Assembly: GCF_006345805.1 (NCBI RefSeq)
Contig: NC_043006.1
Coordinates: 83,080,001-83,144,000, forward strand
DNA length: 64,000 nt
Source: Octopus sinensis
Taxonomy: Eukaryota
Direction: 5' to 3'
Positions 1 through 13,000 of this stretch are shown here, piece by piece. A model generated the notes under the pieces. The model was not told where the DNA came from and did not search any database. It saw only the letters and a list, made by a program, of their open reading frames with translations. A program made the position numbers and the translations under genes. Positions within the stretch are counted from its first letter, which is position 1. Every line of letters begins with the position of its first letter.

Positions 1-164
1 TCTCCCAATTCGCCGCCTTGGTTTGACTCCATGTTGATACATATTTGCATTTGATACAAATACATATTTGTTTGAAAATTATTATTTTAAAACAACCGAA
101 GGAAATCTGAAGTTGGACTATTTTATCAATAAGTTGAGCACTTATTTTATCGAGCTTCAAAGGT

Positions 165-292
165 TGACCCAACTGTTCAACTGGTACTTATTTCACCTAC
201 CCCGAAAGGATGAAAGACAAAAACGACCTCGATGGTAATTGAACTCTAAGTATTTCGCCCGACGTGCTAACGATTTTGCCAGCTCGCCGCTT
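165..292 (-). mobile_element. tRNA-derived SINE family A, decayed copy
   Basis: Reverse complement of head gcggcgagctggcaaaatcgttagcacg and body ctttcatcctttcgggg...aagtaccagttg, shared with more than 15 copies in the window. Confidence 0.75.
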
Positions 293-2243
293 TATGCCGG
301 TATATTATTAATAGATAATAGCGGAGGAGTGTAAAGTGGCATGGACATTGAGGTTTGTGAAAAGAAGGTCATGAGATAGGCAGAGTGTTGTCAGAACTCT
401 AGAATACGAAATTTTCCAAGGGGAAGGAATTCAGAGCTCATAAGAGAAGGTAGCAGGAACCAATGGCTGAAGCTGGGGAGAAAGAGATATTCTTCAAGTC
501 CAGAGAAAACGCGGAAAAAAAACAGAATGTTAAGACAAAGTACGCGTAAACCTAGGCAATGATTCAGAACTATTTTAGTGAAAGGTATCCAAAGAATGGT
601 GAAAGTGTTACATTCAATCGTGTTGCATTCACGATTCTAAGATTGGAGTCTTAATCCCAGAACGGGCAATGCGTTGTGTTCTTGAGTAAAACACTTACTT
701 TTACGTTGCTCCAGTCCACTCAACTGTAAACGAGTTTCAGCAATAGCTAGGAAGTTAACTCTACGATGGTCTAGCGTCCTATTCAGGAAAGGGAGTGTTG
801 TAATGACAATCACTTACACGCCACGCAAACCGGATTAAGCTCCGTTTTATGAATCCTGAGGCTGAAGACAAACATAAGTCTTGTTATATGAGTGAGAAAG
901 AGGTGGCATGAATGAAGGAGAAAAATGCGTAGTGAACGGGGAAAGAAGAAGTTAAGAATAAAAGTAAACGGTAGAGACAGTCGAAGTGTAAACAATGCCA
1001 ATATGGATGTCAAGTAAAGCGGGAAAGTGGAGAACCGGTGGTTGTGGAACGGGAAACAAAGGCTAAGACTGCACCAAGAAAATAATGAGATCCACAAAAT
1101 TAATGAGTAAAACTGGTTAAATATTGGTCAGTATTGTAGATCAATGGCTCTCATAACAGGTAGGGGTCCGTGATGATTGAAAAAGGAGTGTAAAAATTGC
1201 CGTGTTTATTATATTTGAGATGGATTTAAACTTTTAAACCATGTTGAAAAGAAGCAGAATTATATTGATGTAAAATCTATCTTGTCTTCTCTTTAATAAA
1301 AAGGTAGCCGGCTGAAAATGTTCCTTGATTTGTGTGTATGTGTGTGTATATGCATGTGTATATGTCCCTAGAGGTGCACTCGCGACATTTACACAAAATA
1401 GATCTATCAAATTCTTGTCTGAGAGCATCAGATGGCAAAATGACTAACAGTTAACATGTGAAGAAGTGGGCTGGAATTTGAGGCAGATTTCCGTGTATTG
1501 CAGAGCAGATGTTTCATATTGAAAGTGAGATCCTTTTAACTTCTGCCTGAAGTTATCATTATGAACACCACAGACTACAAGTGGTCAGCGAATTTGCTTG
1601 ATATGTTAAATCGTGTGTATCGCGGGAAATGGATTTGAAGGAACCGAGAGTGTTGCTGCGAATATCAGCGAGTTGTACTCAACACCACCTCACCATATTC
1701 AATATACATGCACATAACATTAGGCTAGAATAATTTAGTTCCGGCTACTAGATTGATTAGAGGTGGCAACTTATCACAGTTCTACTCAAATATAAATGAA
1801 TACTATAAGGATAAGCGGTACGTAATTAGTTTCTTATATTTCTTATTCGCGTTTCGATGTCTGCTATTATTGTAGTTGTTGCTATGCTAGTGAGCAACAA
1901 GTAACTCATATTGTGATATTGCGCTAAAATATTTCTAAAAATAAATGTTATATTTTGGGATAGTCATTTTTTTCTTGCTAAATAAACACACACACAATAC
2001 ACTCATTTTTCATTTGTTTATTATTGTTCTTATTTTATCTTATGTCCACTATCTCTACTAAAACATAACGGTACGAAACACGTGGATGGAAGAATTGCTG
2101 AAGAGGTCACAGATGTGTGACGAAAGATTTCCAGACAATGGACATGAGATAAAATAAGAGCAATAAATAAACGAGTGAAGAACGAATATATAGTGCTTGT
2201 TTCTATTTAGCAAGAAAAAAAATAACCATCCTTAAATATAATT

Positions 2244-2604
2244 TCTATATATATAAACGGCAAAATGTCTGTGTGCGTGTCCTTTATACAAATCCACAAT
2301 TTTTCAGTTAGAGGGCTAGCACTTTCTGTTGTCATTCAAAACCGTCCAAGGGTGGTCGTGCACATCTTTACATTTCCCCAGTCACCCCGCAAAGCCATTA
2401 AAAAATCAATAGAAGCGACTTTTTTGTGAATTTTCTATCCAAAACCCAATTAAAATGTCCGAAACTTGATACGCCATTTTATGCCAGCTAGCTGTATGTG
2501 ATTGGTTGGAGATGTGGACAGTACTCGCGTGTATGTGCGCACGCACGCAGCTGTATATGCATGCACTAGCAATATGACCCGGCGTTCCCGGGACATACTG
2601 CTAG
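2244..2604 (+). mobile_element. Non-autonomous Helitron-like element
   Basis: Starts TCTATATATATAAA...tgtctgtgtg and ends with GC hairpin cccggcgttcccggg followed 8 nt later by CTAG|T, the typical Helitron termini. Confidence 0.6.
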
Positions 2605-3373
2605 TATTATCTGTTCCAGCACACAATTTCTCATCAGGAATCTTGCAAAATAAATTCATAAACGTAACTTTTTCAAAGGATCAAAAATTAAATAGTAGAC
2701 AAAAGTTTGAAAAACCTGTAGAGATGAATCTACAGTCACCCTACTGCCCCCTTTTTCTCCAGTACCCCCGTCTTTGGAAACATTGTTCGAGACAGTTACC
2801 CATCTCACCTATATACAAAACATTGCAGGTGCTGGATTGAATCACTCGACTTCTGATCTTGCTCCTCAAACTCGTTAATAATTTAACGTTTCTTAACCAG
2901 CAAACAACACGTTATTCATCTGATATTTCTAATGTCATCATGAGCTTTCTATCTGGTTGTTATCATTTATCACCTTCCTTTCTCGTTCTATTTGTACCTA
3001 TATCAATCGCATCGCAGATGTGGGTTTTTTTTCTTTTTATAATCGAGACTAATAATGCTGTTCTCTTTTGTGAGTGTGTGTGTCTGCTTCCTTGATTTTT
3101 CTTCACTCCAATTCGAAAATTCCATGTTTATTTCTTACTTACTTTGACTATGGTAAGACTGAAATATGCGATCATTGAACTTTGTGTAGTTTTCAGATGT
3201 TCTTTTCTTTTTCTTTCTCGTCAGTATAGTTTATTTCGGGGCTATTTTCGTTGGCGAAACCTACACACAATCACGTCAGCTCTGGCCATCAACGTTATCA
3301 TCTGGCATGCGTTATCTGTCTTTAGACTGTACTTGTTGTTGAGAGCCACTTTTATTACTACTACTACTACTAC

Positions 3374-3423
<50 letters not shown>

Positions 3424-3554
3424 TATAATTACCACCTGCTCTGTTTCACTTGCACAATCTCCTACACCCACTTCTTATCAAGTTTATTTGTCTTTCTCTC
3501 AATTCTCTTTTCCCTTCTTTATCATACTTAATCTCTCCACTTTTGTTCCTCCCT

Positions 3555-3567
3555 CGCTCAGTCACTC

Positions 3568-3612
<45 letters not shown>

Positions 3613-3705
3613 ATATATATATATATATATATATATCAGTATATCTCGATATCAATACCTCTCCCACTCTCACTCGCTCCTCCCTTTTCTCTCTCTCTCC
3701 TCTCT

Positions 3706-3740
<35 letters not shown>

Positions 3741-3830
3741 ATATATATATATATATATATATATCAGTATATCTCGATATCAATACCTCTCCCACTCTCA
3801 CTCGCTCCTCCCTTTTCTCTCTCTCCTCTC
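3555..3830. repeat. 128-bp tandem duplication built on (CT)n and (TA)n
   Basis: cagtatatctcgatatcaatacctctcccactctcactcgctcc occurs at 3637 and again at 3765. Confidence 0.9.
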
Positions 3831-4186
3831 TCTCTTTCTCTCTCTCTACCTACCTACTTACCTATTTACCTGCCTGCCTGCCTACCTACTTATCCATCTT
3901 TCTCTCTATTTATCCCTTTCGCACAATCTTTCGTTGGAATTCCCAAACTCCCTCTGATCTTGCTGATTAAAACATTCAACATCCAATACCACATGTCAAT
4001 ATTTACATGTGGGAGGCGTTGCAATGATGTGTTTACGTTGACACTGCAGTAGTGATTGATTCACAGGAAAACAATGGGCCGACGGGGGCGAGAAATTAAA
4101 AACAAAATGGTGAAAAATGCAACACAAAGAGTTGGCTCATATCCGCCATATAAATGCAACACTGCATAAGAGATAGAACCATTTAA

Positions 4187-4282
<96 letters not shown>

Positions 4283-5557
4283 GTATATGTATATATATCT
4301 GATAAAGCATATTTGATAAAATACGTCTTATGTAAGATATTTTAAAATTAGAATCTAGTCTGTGGTATTAATTTAGTGAAAGCAAATGAAAAATAAAAGA
4401 TAAGAAATGCAAAGCTAATGATGTAAGATAAAATTTGGCATAGCTAAACAAAAGGTGTGTGTAAACAATTATTAAATCGAAAAGACGGGATGTAATGAAT
4501 GAGCGAGAAAAACATTGACCAAGATATGATGAATTTGCAGTTTTAAATAGGTTTTCTGAGAAAGACATGAATATACGTATGAATATCTGTATGGCAGTTT
4601 GCAATATCTATGTAAACACTTCTCACACATATACACAAACACGAATGCGCACATATAAAACACACATACACACACAATATATATATTTTATATTTATATT
4701 TATTTTACATTTATATTTATAAACAATAAACAGCAGAGTGGTTTGTTAAAAGTATATTCGCATATAATAAACTATGAGTAGTGGAATCATTAGAGCGTCG
4801 AGCGTCATACGTAATAAAATTCTTTTCCATGTTTTAGGTTCAAATCCCATCGAAGACACCTTTATCTTTTGCGTACTGGTATTTTAAACTACCAAACAAG
4901 CGCATAGGTAGATTCTTCTCTCTATCTCTTTCTCCCACGCTCGCTCTTTTTCTTCCTTTCATTCTGGAAGAAATCGGCTGAGGATACAGTTGAAGAGGAA
5001 TGGGCTTCGCCAAATTTTAAAATGCACACGGCACACCGTACGTCACGGTGGCATTCCTACCATTTCGTTTGGAGTTTAGAATCCCAAGGCAAGGCTACAA
5101 ATAAACTCAACGAAAAAGGGGTCTAGATTTACTTATCTCTATCTTCACCGTTAATTTACAATTCATATGTGTGTGTATATGTATGTATGTATATTGATAC
5201 CAGATATCTTCTTAAACTATACTATACACACCTATGAGCCTACTTATACTTGTGTACTGTGATGTATATTTCCCATGATGTCGCGTGTCAGCGTGCAAAT
5301 CATTTTAATGTATACATTATCAGAAGTCAAGAAACTTAATAAGTGTGCATGCGTGGGGGACGGGTTTGGCTTAATATTATCCTAATTTGGAAACTTAATA
5401 TCTGTTATATATTTGTCATAGTTTATTATATTATTAGAACACCTATTCCAAATTGAGTGGACCATTTTACTAACCATATATTTCTTCATGCCTCCAGAAT
5501 ATGATACTAAGTATATAAAATTGTAGGAGACACGTGCTATATATACATATATGTGTG

Positions 5558-5900
5558 AAGGCGCTTGGCTTAGGGGTTAGGGCATTCGGCTCACGATCGT
5601 AAGGTCGTGAGTTCAATACCCGAGCAAGGCACTTTATTCCTTGAGCAAGAAATTTTATTCTTTGAGCAAGACACTTTATTTCACGTTGTTCCAGTCCACT
5701 CAGCTGTCAAAAATGAGTAGTACTTGTACTTCAAAGGGCCAGCCTTGTCACACTTTATGTCACGCTGAATCTCTCTGAGAACTACATTAAGGGTAAACGT
5801 GTCTGTGGAATGCTCAACCACTTGCACGTTAATTTCAGGAGCAAGCTGTTCCGTTGATCGTATCAGTTTGGACCCTCGTCGTCGTAACTGACGGAGCGCT
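5558..5900 (+). mobile_element. tRNA-derived SINE family B with tail B1
   Basis: tRNA-like head with B box gagttcaatacc, body ttgagcaagacactttatttcacgttgttccagtccactcagctg (first ~20 bp locally triplicated), tail caaagggccagccttgtcacac...gaactacattaagggt. Related pieces at ~640-790 and 41844-42020. Confidence 0.8.
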
Positions 5901-5921
5901 CCTTTTATACATACATACATA

Positions 5922-5971
<50 letters not shown>

Positions 5972-5989
5972 GTGCGTGGGTGTGCGGGG

Positions 5990-6135
5990 TGATGTCAAAC
6001 GTCTTTCATTTTCCGTCTACCAAATCCGTTAACAAGGCTTTGGTCGACTCGAGTAGAAAACACTTGCGCAAAGTGCCACTGAGTGGGACTAAATCCGGAA
6101 CCATGTGCTTGGGAAGTAAACTTCTTTCCGCACAG
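5990..6135 (-). mobile_element. CORE-type SINE family D, head half
   Basis: Reverse complement of ggttccggatttagtcccactcagtggcactttgcgcaagtgttttctactcgagtcgaccaaagccttg...gatttggtagacggaaa; resembles the MIR/CORE motif ccttgggcaagt. Confidence 0.7.
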
Positions 6136-6278
6136 CCACTTCTGGGCCTAATGAGGGAATGGTAGATTGAAAATTCATGGCCAAGGGTAGTAAACAATAC
6201 AGTTCTATATTTAAGAGATGAGGAATTATGTACATTATTTACATTTGACGGATATTTATACTCATCTTGCTTGTTGTT

Positions 6279-6324
6279 GACACAACGTTTCGGCTGATAT
6301 ACCCTCCAGCCTTCATCAATGTCT
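6279..6324 (-). ncRNA. Minimal hammerhead ribozyme motif, C3U variant (UUGAUGA)
   Basis: Minus strand gacat UUGAUGA a ggcug...cagcc GAAA cg UU guguc; same fold as the plus copy. Confidence 0.55.
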
Positions 6325-6525
6325 TGATGAAATTTCGAACCTGGGTTCTCCTTCCTAAGGTATTTTTCTATGTTGTTGTTGTTTTTATTATTATTATTAT
6401 TATTCGGTGACCTGAATAATGATAATAATAATAATAATAACAATAATAATGATAATGATGATGATGATGATGATAACATCGAAAAATACCATAAGAATGA
6501 GAACTCAGGTTCGAAATTTAATCAA

Positions 6526-6571
6526 GGCACCTGATGAAGGCTGGAGGGTATATCAGCCGAAACGTTGTGTC
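6526..6571 (+). ncRNA. Minimal type I hammerhead ribozyme motif
   Basis: ggcac CUGAUGA a ggcug-gagggtatat-cagcc GAAA cg UU guguc: core boxes, 5-bp stem II, stem I ggcac/guguc, palindromic AACGUU in place of stem III. Confidence 0.65.
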
Positions 6572-8506
6572 AACAACAAACAAGATGGGGACAAATATCC
6601 GTCAATTGTGAATAATGTAAATATTATACATAATTCCTCATCTCTTAAATATAGAGCTGTATTGTTTACTACCCTTGGACAGGAATTTTGCATCTACCAT
6701 TCCAATGGAACACTAGGCAGTAAAAGAATGAGTAGGAGAAAATAATTCAGAAACAACTTAGACTTCACATCTAGATTGTTCTTGTTGAAAAGAGGTGACA
6801 GGTAGGATCAAGACAATGACAATTCGGAGCAGACTTAAGCTTCATTTACCTAGGTCGGTTTTTTTGGATGACAATGTATCCAGGTATTGCTTCTAAAGGT
6901 GACTGGAAAATTTACTGTTTTCCTCAAAATATGTTGCAACCAACTATTCAATGACAATTTAGCTTTAGCGACTACTAACATCATCTATTTATCTGTCTAA
7001 CTATCCAGCTAGCTAGCTATCTACCAGCCTATTTATCTATCTATTTATCTATTTATCTATTTATCTAACTTGCAATCTGCCTGGTTGATCTACAATCCAA
7101 GTGATGAAGCAACTAACCAAAATATCTTGAGTTATCTATCTGTCTGTCCGTTTGTCTTTCTTACACGCCAAGCGAACTGGTTATATACGGCACACCCATC
7201 TTACAACCAAGTAATGAAAACCGTTCTTGCAATATCGTCCTACTGACCCACAAAAGCCACCAATCAAACTTCCAACGGACCATATAATGAGACAACCAAA
7301 TAACAAAATTACCAAAATACCAACACATACCCACCATTATCTTCAACATCGTCATGAAACACGACCACCAACACCAACACCATTACAATATTAAACATTA
7401 ATGAAAACAATTTCTTTTAGAGTTTAGCAGCAAGCATTATTTCAAATTGTGTGACATGAAACAAAATGGCGACCTCCAAAACAACCCGGACTGATATCTT
7501 GGTTGTTTTGTTTGTTTAAGTGATTGTTTTTAATCGTTTTACTTTTAGTTTTTATTTCGTTTTTATTTCTTTTAAACTTTCCTTTACGTCTGTCAAATAG
7601 AATCTGACATAAAAGTAACATTAACGAAAATGAGGGTGGGGTGAAGACATGGGGGACTGGTTGGTGAGGTACGGATTTAATTGAGTTGTTACTGTTGACG
7701 GTGGTAACGTCGCTGTTGTGCTGGTGATGGTGGTTGTCGTTGTCGTAGTTGTGCTAGCAGTGATAATGGTTAGTTTGGTGGTGATGGTGGTGGTGGTAGT
7801 GGTGGTGGTGGTGGTGGTGATGGTGATGATGGTGGTGGTGGAATTAGTATGGATTTGTGATGTATTTGGTACTGAATTCGTTCAGGTGGTGAAAGCAGTG
7901 TTTGGTGATGGTAATAGTTTGTGAACGTGTGTGTGTGTGTGTGTAAGCGTGTGTGTGTGTGTGCGTGTGTGTGTGTGCGTGTGTGTGCGTGTGCGTGTAT
8001 GTGTGTATGTGTGTGTGTATGTGTGTGTGTACGAATTTGGTTTATTCACAGGTTTTGATACGTGGTGATGTATGTTTATGATGTTTGTGTATGTACGTGT
8101 GTTTCCGATATGCATGTATGTTTGTGCATGTGTATGCGTACGTTTCCGTGTGCGTATATACCTATTATACATGTGCATGTTATTTGTACACACATGCGTT
8201 TGATGAAGTGTTTCTGTCCGTATGTATGTGTGTAAATCTGTGTATGCAAATTGCTTGTATGCACGTATATTATTTGTACAAATGTACGTCTGAAGTGTGT
8301 GAGTATTTATATGCCTATCATATGTGTGCGCGTGTATGTATGCATGTGTATGCGTGTGTATATGTGTTATTTGTGTACATGTGCGTCTGATGTATGATCT
8401 CGTTTGTATGTGTGTGCGCGCACGTATTGTCTATGCGTTATGTGTTCGTGATCGTCTGGTATATGTGTTTATTTATATGCGCGTGTGTATATATATATAT
8501 ATATAT

Positions 8507-8546
<40 letters not shown>

Positions 8547-9432
8547 GGTGTGTGCATGTATGTGCACGCGTTTTGTCTGTGTCTGTGTGTTATTTATATG
8601 TGTGTGTGTATATATGAGAGAGTAAGCGAGTATGTGAGTGTGCGCATGCGTGTGTGCATGTGTTATATTTATCTAACCCTGACGGTATATATGTGTAATC
8701 CGGAGATCGTATGTGTATATATACATGTATGTGTGCGTATATTATCTGTGTATATGTGTTTTGTTTATTTGTATATGTATGTGTGTATGTGTATGAAAGT
8801 GAGTGACTGAGTGAGTGTGTGCGTGCGTGCGTGCGTGTGTTCTATCTGTCTATCTCTGATGGTATATATGTGTAAGATGCGTGATCCGGAGAGTTTAATA
8901 ATGGTGTCAATAGCAGCGACGATAGCTGGAGTTAAATTGACGAAAGGGTGGATTGGTGATGTGGGGGTGGGGGGTGGAATGCTGAAGAAAGTATTCAATG
9001 ACGCTGGTGTGTTCAATGTTTTTGTTTTCATTGGTGAGAAGGTCAACCTTGACATTGAATGACACTGAAAAATATATGGAGAAGGAGAGAGAGAGAGAGT
9101 ATGAGTGAGATTGATTACGTCATATAGTGTGACAGTGAGATAGAGTGAGAGTTAAGTAGAGGGAGAGAGGTAAAGAGAGAAAGAAGTATAGAGGGACGGA
9201 GGTAGAGAAGGAGAAAGGCAGCGAAGAAAGAGCCAACTACGATAGAGTTTGGAAGAGAGAGAGAATGTTAAGGAGAGAGGGAGAGAGTTGTGGAGCAGAG
9301 AGTAGAGTTAAGAGGTTAAGGAGAGTGAATGAAGTAGAGTAGAAGAGAGAGTCAGATAGAAAGGAAGAGAGAGTGTAAGGAAGAGAGAAAAGGAAAAGAG
9401 AGATAAAGATACAGAGAAGAGTATATATGTGA

Positions 9433-9524
<92 letters not shown>
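9433..9524. repeat. (GAAA)n tetranucleotide microsatellite
   Basis: Long pure gaaa run. Confidence 0.95.
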
Positions 9525-9650
9525 AGGGGGTCTAGATGACAGAAACGAAGAAAGAAAGATTTAGATAACGAAAGTGCCACAGAGAAAGAGAGAAAGAAAG
9601 AGAGAGGGGCCGAGTGGGCCCCAGAGCTCATGAGGTGGCACATGTATATA

Positions 9651-9834
9651 TATTTCTTTACTACCCATAAGGGGCTAAACATAGAGGGGACAAACAAGGA
9701 CAGACAAACGGATTAAGTCGATTACATCGACCCCAGTGCGAAACTGATACTTTATTTATCGACCCCGAAAGGATGAAAGGCAAAGTCGACCTCGGCGGAA
9801 TTTGAACTCAGAACGTAACGGCAGACGAAATACG
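9651..9834 (-). mobile_element. SINE family A host copy, 3' portion (B box, body, Tx1-like tail)
   Basis: Minus strand cgtatttcgtctgccgttacgttctgagttcaaattccgccgaggtcgactttgcc...tttagccccttatgggtagtaaagaaata; continues the head found at 15154-15210. Confidence 0.92.
9822..9834. repeat. Target-site duplication, left copy (cagacgaaatacg)
   Basis: Identical 13-mer at 15154-15166 flanks the other end of the LINE. Confidence 0.92.
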
Positions 9835-10078
9835 AATTTCTTTATTGCCCACCGGGGGCCAAACATAGATATGGACAGTACAACTGATGGGATCAGTGAA
9901 TCGATATGATTTTACATAAATGTGACATCAAAAATAAAATACAATACATAAAAATCGAATGGAATACACAGTACAAAAACAATACAAATGAAGCGATGAT
10001 CAAGTTACGCTCCGATCCCACAAGCCCCGATCTACCGCTGATACCTTTTTATTTTTCCTTTTTTTTTTCCTCGTCTAT

Positions 10079-13000
10079 TCACACGGTTCCTTGCACGCAC
10101 AACACTCGTGCAACATACTTCCATCTCTTTTGGAACGTACACTCTGACAGACACCTCTTCTCCAGCCACAGTTTCCTTTTCAAATGAAAAGAAAAAAAGG
10201 ATCGTAAATTGTCACCAGAGATAAAGTTGCCTGTCTTAATTCCTTTTATCCTAGTCTTCCATACAGCCTCTTTTGCTATTGCTACAACCGTGAGAAAACA
10301 ATTCTTACCTTCGTTCGTTAGAACTCCCGGTGGGTCAATTTTTATAATTGACTCAGTCGACAGCCGTACTCTTCCTTCGCCGGACAACAGATGTTCAGCA
10401 TAAGCCCACATTTCAGTTATCTCCGGACACTGAACAATAGCGTGAGGGACGGTTTCCCTGTCCCCCCCCCGCATCTTGGACAGGTCGGCGACTGACGTTT
10501 ACCATGTCTTGCGAGCTTATCCCAAACGGGCAAGGCACCTCTGTAGCATTGCCAGGTTAAGGACTTTTGGAAGTTGTCCAACGTTCTCAACCCGAATGTA
10601 CGATGAAACAAGCTGTCCAGTTGAATAAATCCGAGACCTAGAGTCGACCCCAGGCCATCGTCGCATTCAGACTCTACCAACCCACTATATAAAATCCGTG
10701 CGGAACCCCCACCGCTGGCGTTGCCCGAGCGCCGGAACAGCAAGAGGGCCTTACGGCACTCTTTATGCCACTCACTCGACCTCGGTCTACGAGAACACCA
10801 GGCTTCCTGTTCGCAAAAACTCTTGAACTCAGGGAACATTTGTCTGGCCAGCAGAGACCACACCCGTTCACTATCCAGGAGAATCCAGAGGTGCCTCAAC
10901 CTCAACGCATGTCTGCGCATCATTAACCAAGGCATCCCTAAACCTCCATTTAAAGGCTTTTGACAGCAGACAGAGCGTTTCACAAGTGGCGACCTGCCCT
11001 TCCACAAAAAGCGAAAGAGCTGTCTCTCCAACCTGATCAACCACGAATCCGGACAGGGCACGACGGTCAGGCGGTAGGTAATGACCGATGCGATAAACAC
11101 ATTGGCCACTTCCGCCCTCCCTTTCAGGGATAGCCACCGCCAAGACCAGGTCTTGACTACTGCAGCCACCCTGCTCAATACCTCCGTCCAGTTCTTCTCT
11201 ATCTGGAGGCCTGCTCCAAACCAGACTCCCAGCAACTTAACCGGTCCCTCCGTCCAGCGCCTAACAACACTATCTGAAGGCATCGACTTGCCAACCCAGG
11301 TGCCGAGCTGCAAGCCGACCGAGTTTTCCCGGTTAATCTTTGCTCCTGCTACCTCCTCGTAAGCCTCAATAGTCTTACCTACTTCACGTAGGCGTGCCAC
11401 TGTGGTTACACTGATAGTGATATCATCCGCGAAAGCCGTAACAAACTCCTCTAGTCCTGGTTCTCTCGGGATGCCACTCAACCTTTGCAGTAATGGCTCG
11501 AGAGCCATCACATACAAAAGTGGTGAAAGCGGACATCCTTGACGAACCGAGCGTCTGATGCAGAACGGCTTCGAAAGGAAACCGTTCACCCGAACTATCG
11601 AGTCAATGTTGTGGTACAAAGCGATAAACCACCTGAGGAAGCTAAGGCCCAGGCCAAACCGCGCAAGTACAGTCGCTAGGTATCGATGGTCAACCCTATC
11701 AAAAGCTTTAGACTGGTCCAAATGCACCAATGCCCCACCTTTGCCAGATTTATTACCAAACCTCTCTATGGTATAGCGAATAAGATGGAGGGTATCCTGA
11801 ATGGTTCTGCCTGGGATGGCACATGTCTGTGCCTCCCCGACTATACCATTCGCGACACGCGCCAACCTTTTTGCTAGAACATTGGCCAAAATCTTCACTT
11901 CTGCGTTTAACAGAGTGATGGGCCTGAAATTCTCTAGAACGTCCCCCTTGTCCGGGTCCTTTCTGACCAACGTCACTACTCCTCGGCGCACAGATCTGGG
12001 GATAAACCCATTCTGTTTCCAGTTCGCGTACACGTCAGTCAGTAGTTGCCCGAACAAGTCTGCCATACATTTATACAGCTCGTACGGAAGACCATCAAGT
12101 CCCGGTGACTTACCCGCTTTACAATCGGCCAAAGCCTCCATCACCTCCTCAGGTGTGATTGGCCCTTCGCAAGACTCCGCATCCGACCCCGAGAGGCACG
12201 GCAGCCCGGTAAGAAAGTCCCCGAGGGCTCTCCCACCACCAGGACCGCCGTCACCCCCGAACAGCTGGGCGAAGTACTCCTGAGAGACCTCACACATTTT
12301 CTCGGGTTCGTTTATCAAGACACCATTTTGATTCGTCAAAGACCGAATAGAGGAACTATTTCCTTGCCGAGCTTCCACCACTCGGGCCCATCCAGCGGCT
12401 TTGATTCCTTCACTTCTCATTGCACGTAACTTAGCTCTGGTAATACTTCCCATGTGGTGGGCTTCAAGATGCTGGTTTAACTCCAGTCTTTTCACCCTCG
12501 CTTGGTCTGTATTACCAGTCCTCCAGGCTTCTTCTAGTTCCTTAACTAGACCATCTCCTATTTTACGTCCCTTCTTAGCTAAACTTATGCTAAACCTAAT
12601 AGACTCATATTTGATGGCTCTTTTTAGGGCGTACCACCATTTGTTATTAATGATGGTACATGTTAATGCCCTCTGTATTAACATCTTGATCCGCTTTCTG
12701 TACTCCTCAATCGCCAAAAGGGACGTACTGAGTTTCCAGTAGCCAGATCCCTGTCTATGCAACTTATCTACCGTCAGTTTACAGGTAACCATCTTGTGGT
12801 CACTGTAGCTGACTAGAAAAAACTGTGGACACTCAACTATGGACTTACCTTTTTCTCTAATTAAAATCCTATCTAGATATGTTCTGGTAGACCCGTCACT
12901 ATTTGACCACGTCCACTGTGAAGTGTTCGGGTGCTCCAACCTATATGGATCTGCTAGCTGAAATTGACTTAGCAGATCCCGAAAGCCTGGGTTACATTTT

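Larger units (their letters stand above)
6156..6703. mobile_element. Inverted pair of Penelope-like terminal repeats (6156-6372 minus, 6477-6703 plus) around a (TAA)/(TGA) microsatellite spacer
   Basis: The two ~220-bp arms are reverse complements; each carries tgatgaaggctggagggtatatcagccgaaacgttgtgtc, a motif typical of Penelope pseudo-LTRs. Confidence 0.7.

Noticed and set aside
300-1700. Possible very old CR1/L2-type LINE fragments on the minus strand (also ~49400-49800 and ~30070-30430)
   Set aside because: Only vague similarity; no diagnostic motif could be read.
7463-7473. YY1-like aaaatggcg motifs (also near 33393) and a CpG-richer patch at 24340-24480 as possible promoters
   Set aside because: Short motifs with no linked exon; cannot be supported from sequence alone.
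7718-7924. Poly-Val ORF, and the many YI/CV/HT/YL-repeat ORFs across the window
   Set aside because: Translations of (GGT)n, (TA)n, (TG)n, (CATA)n and (GATA)n microsatellites.
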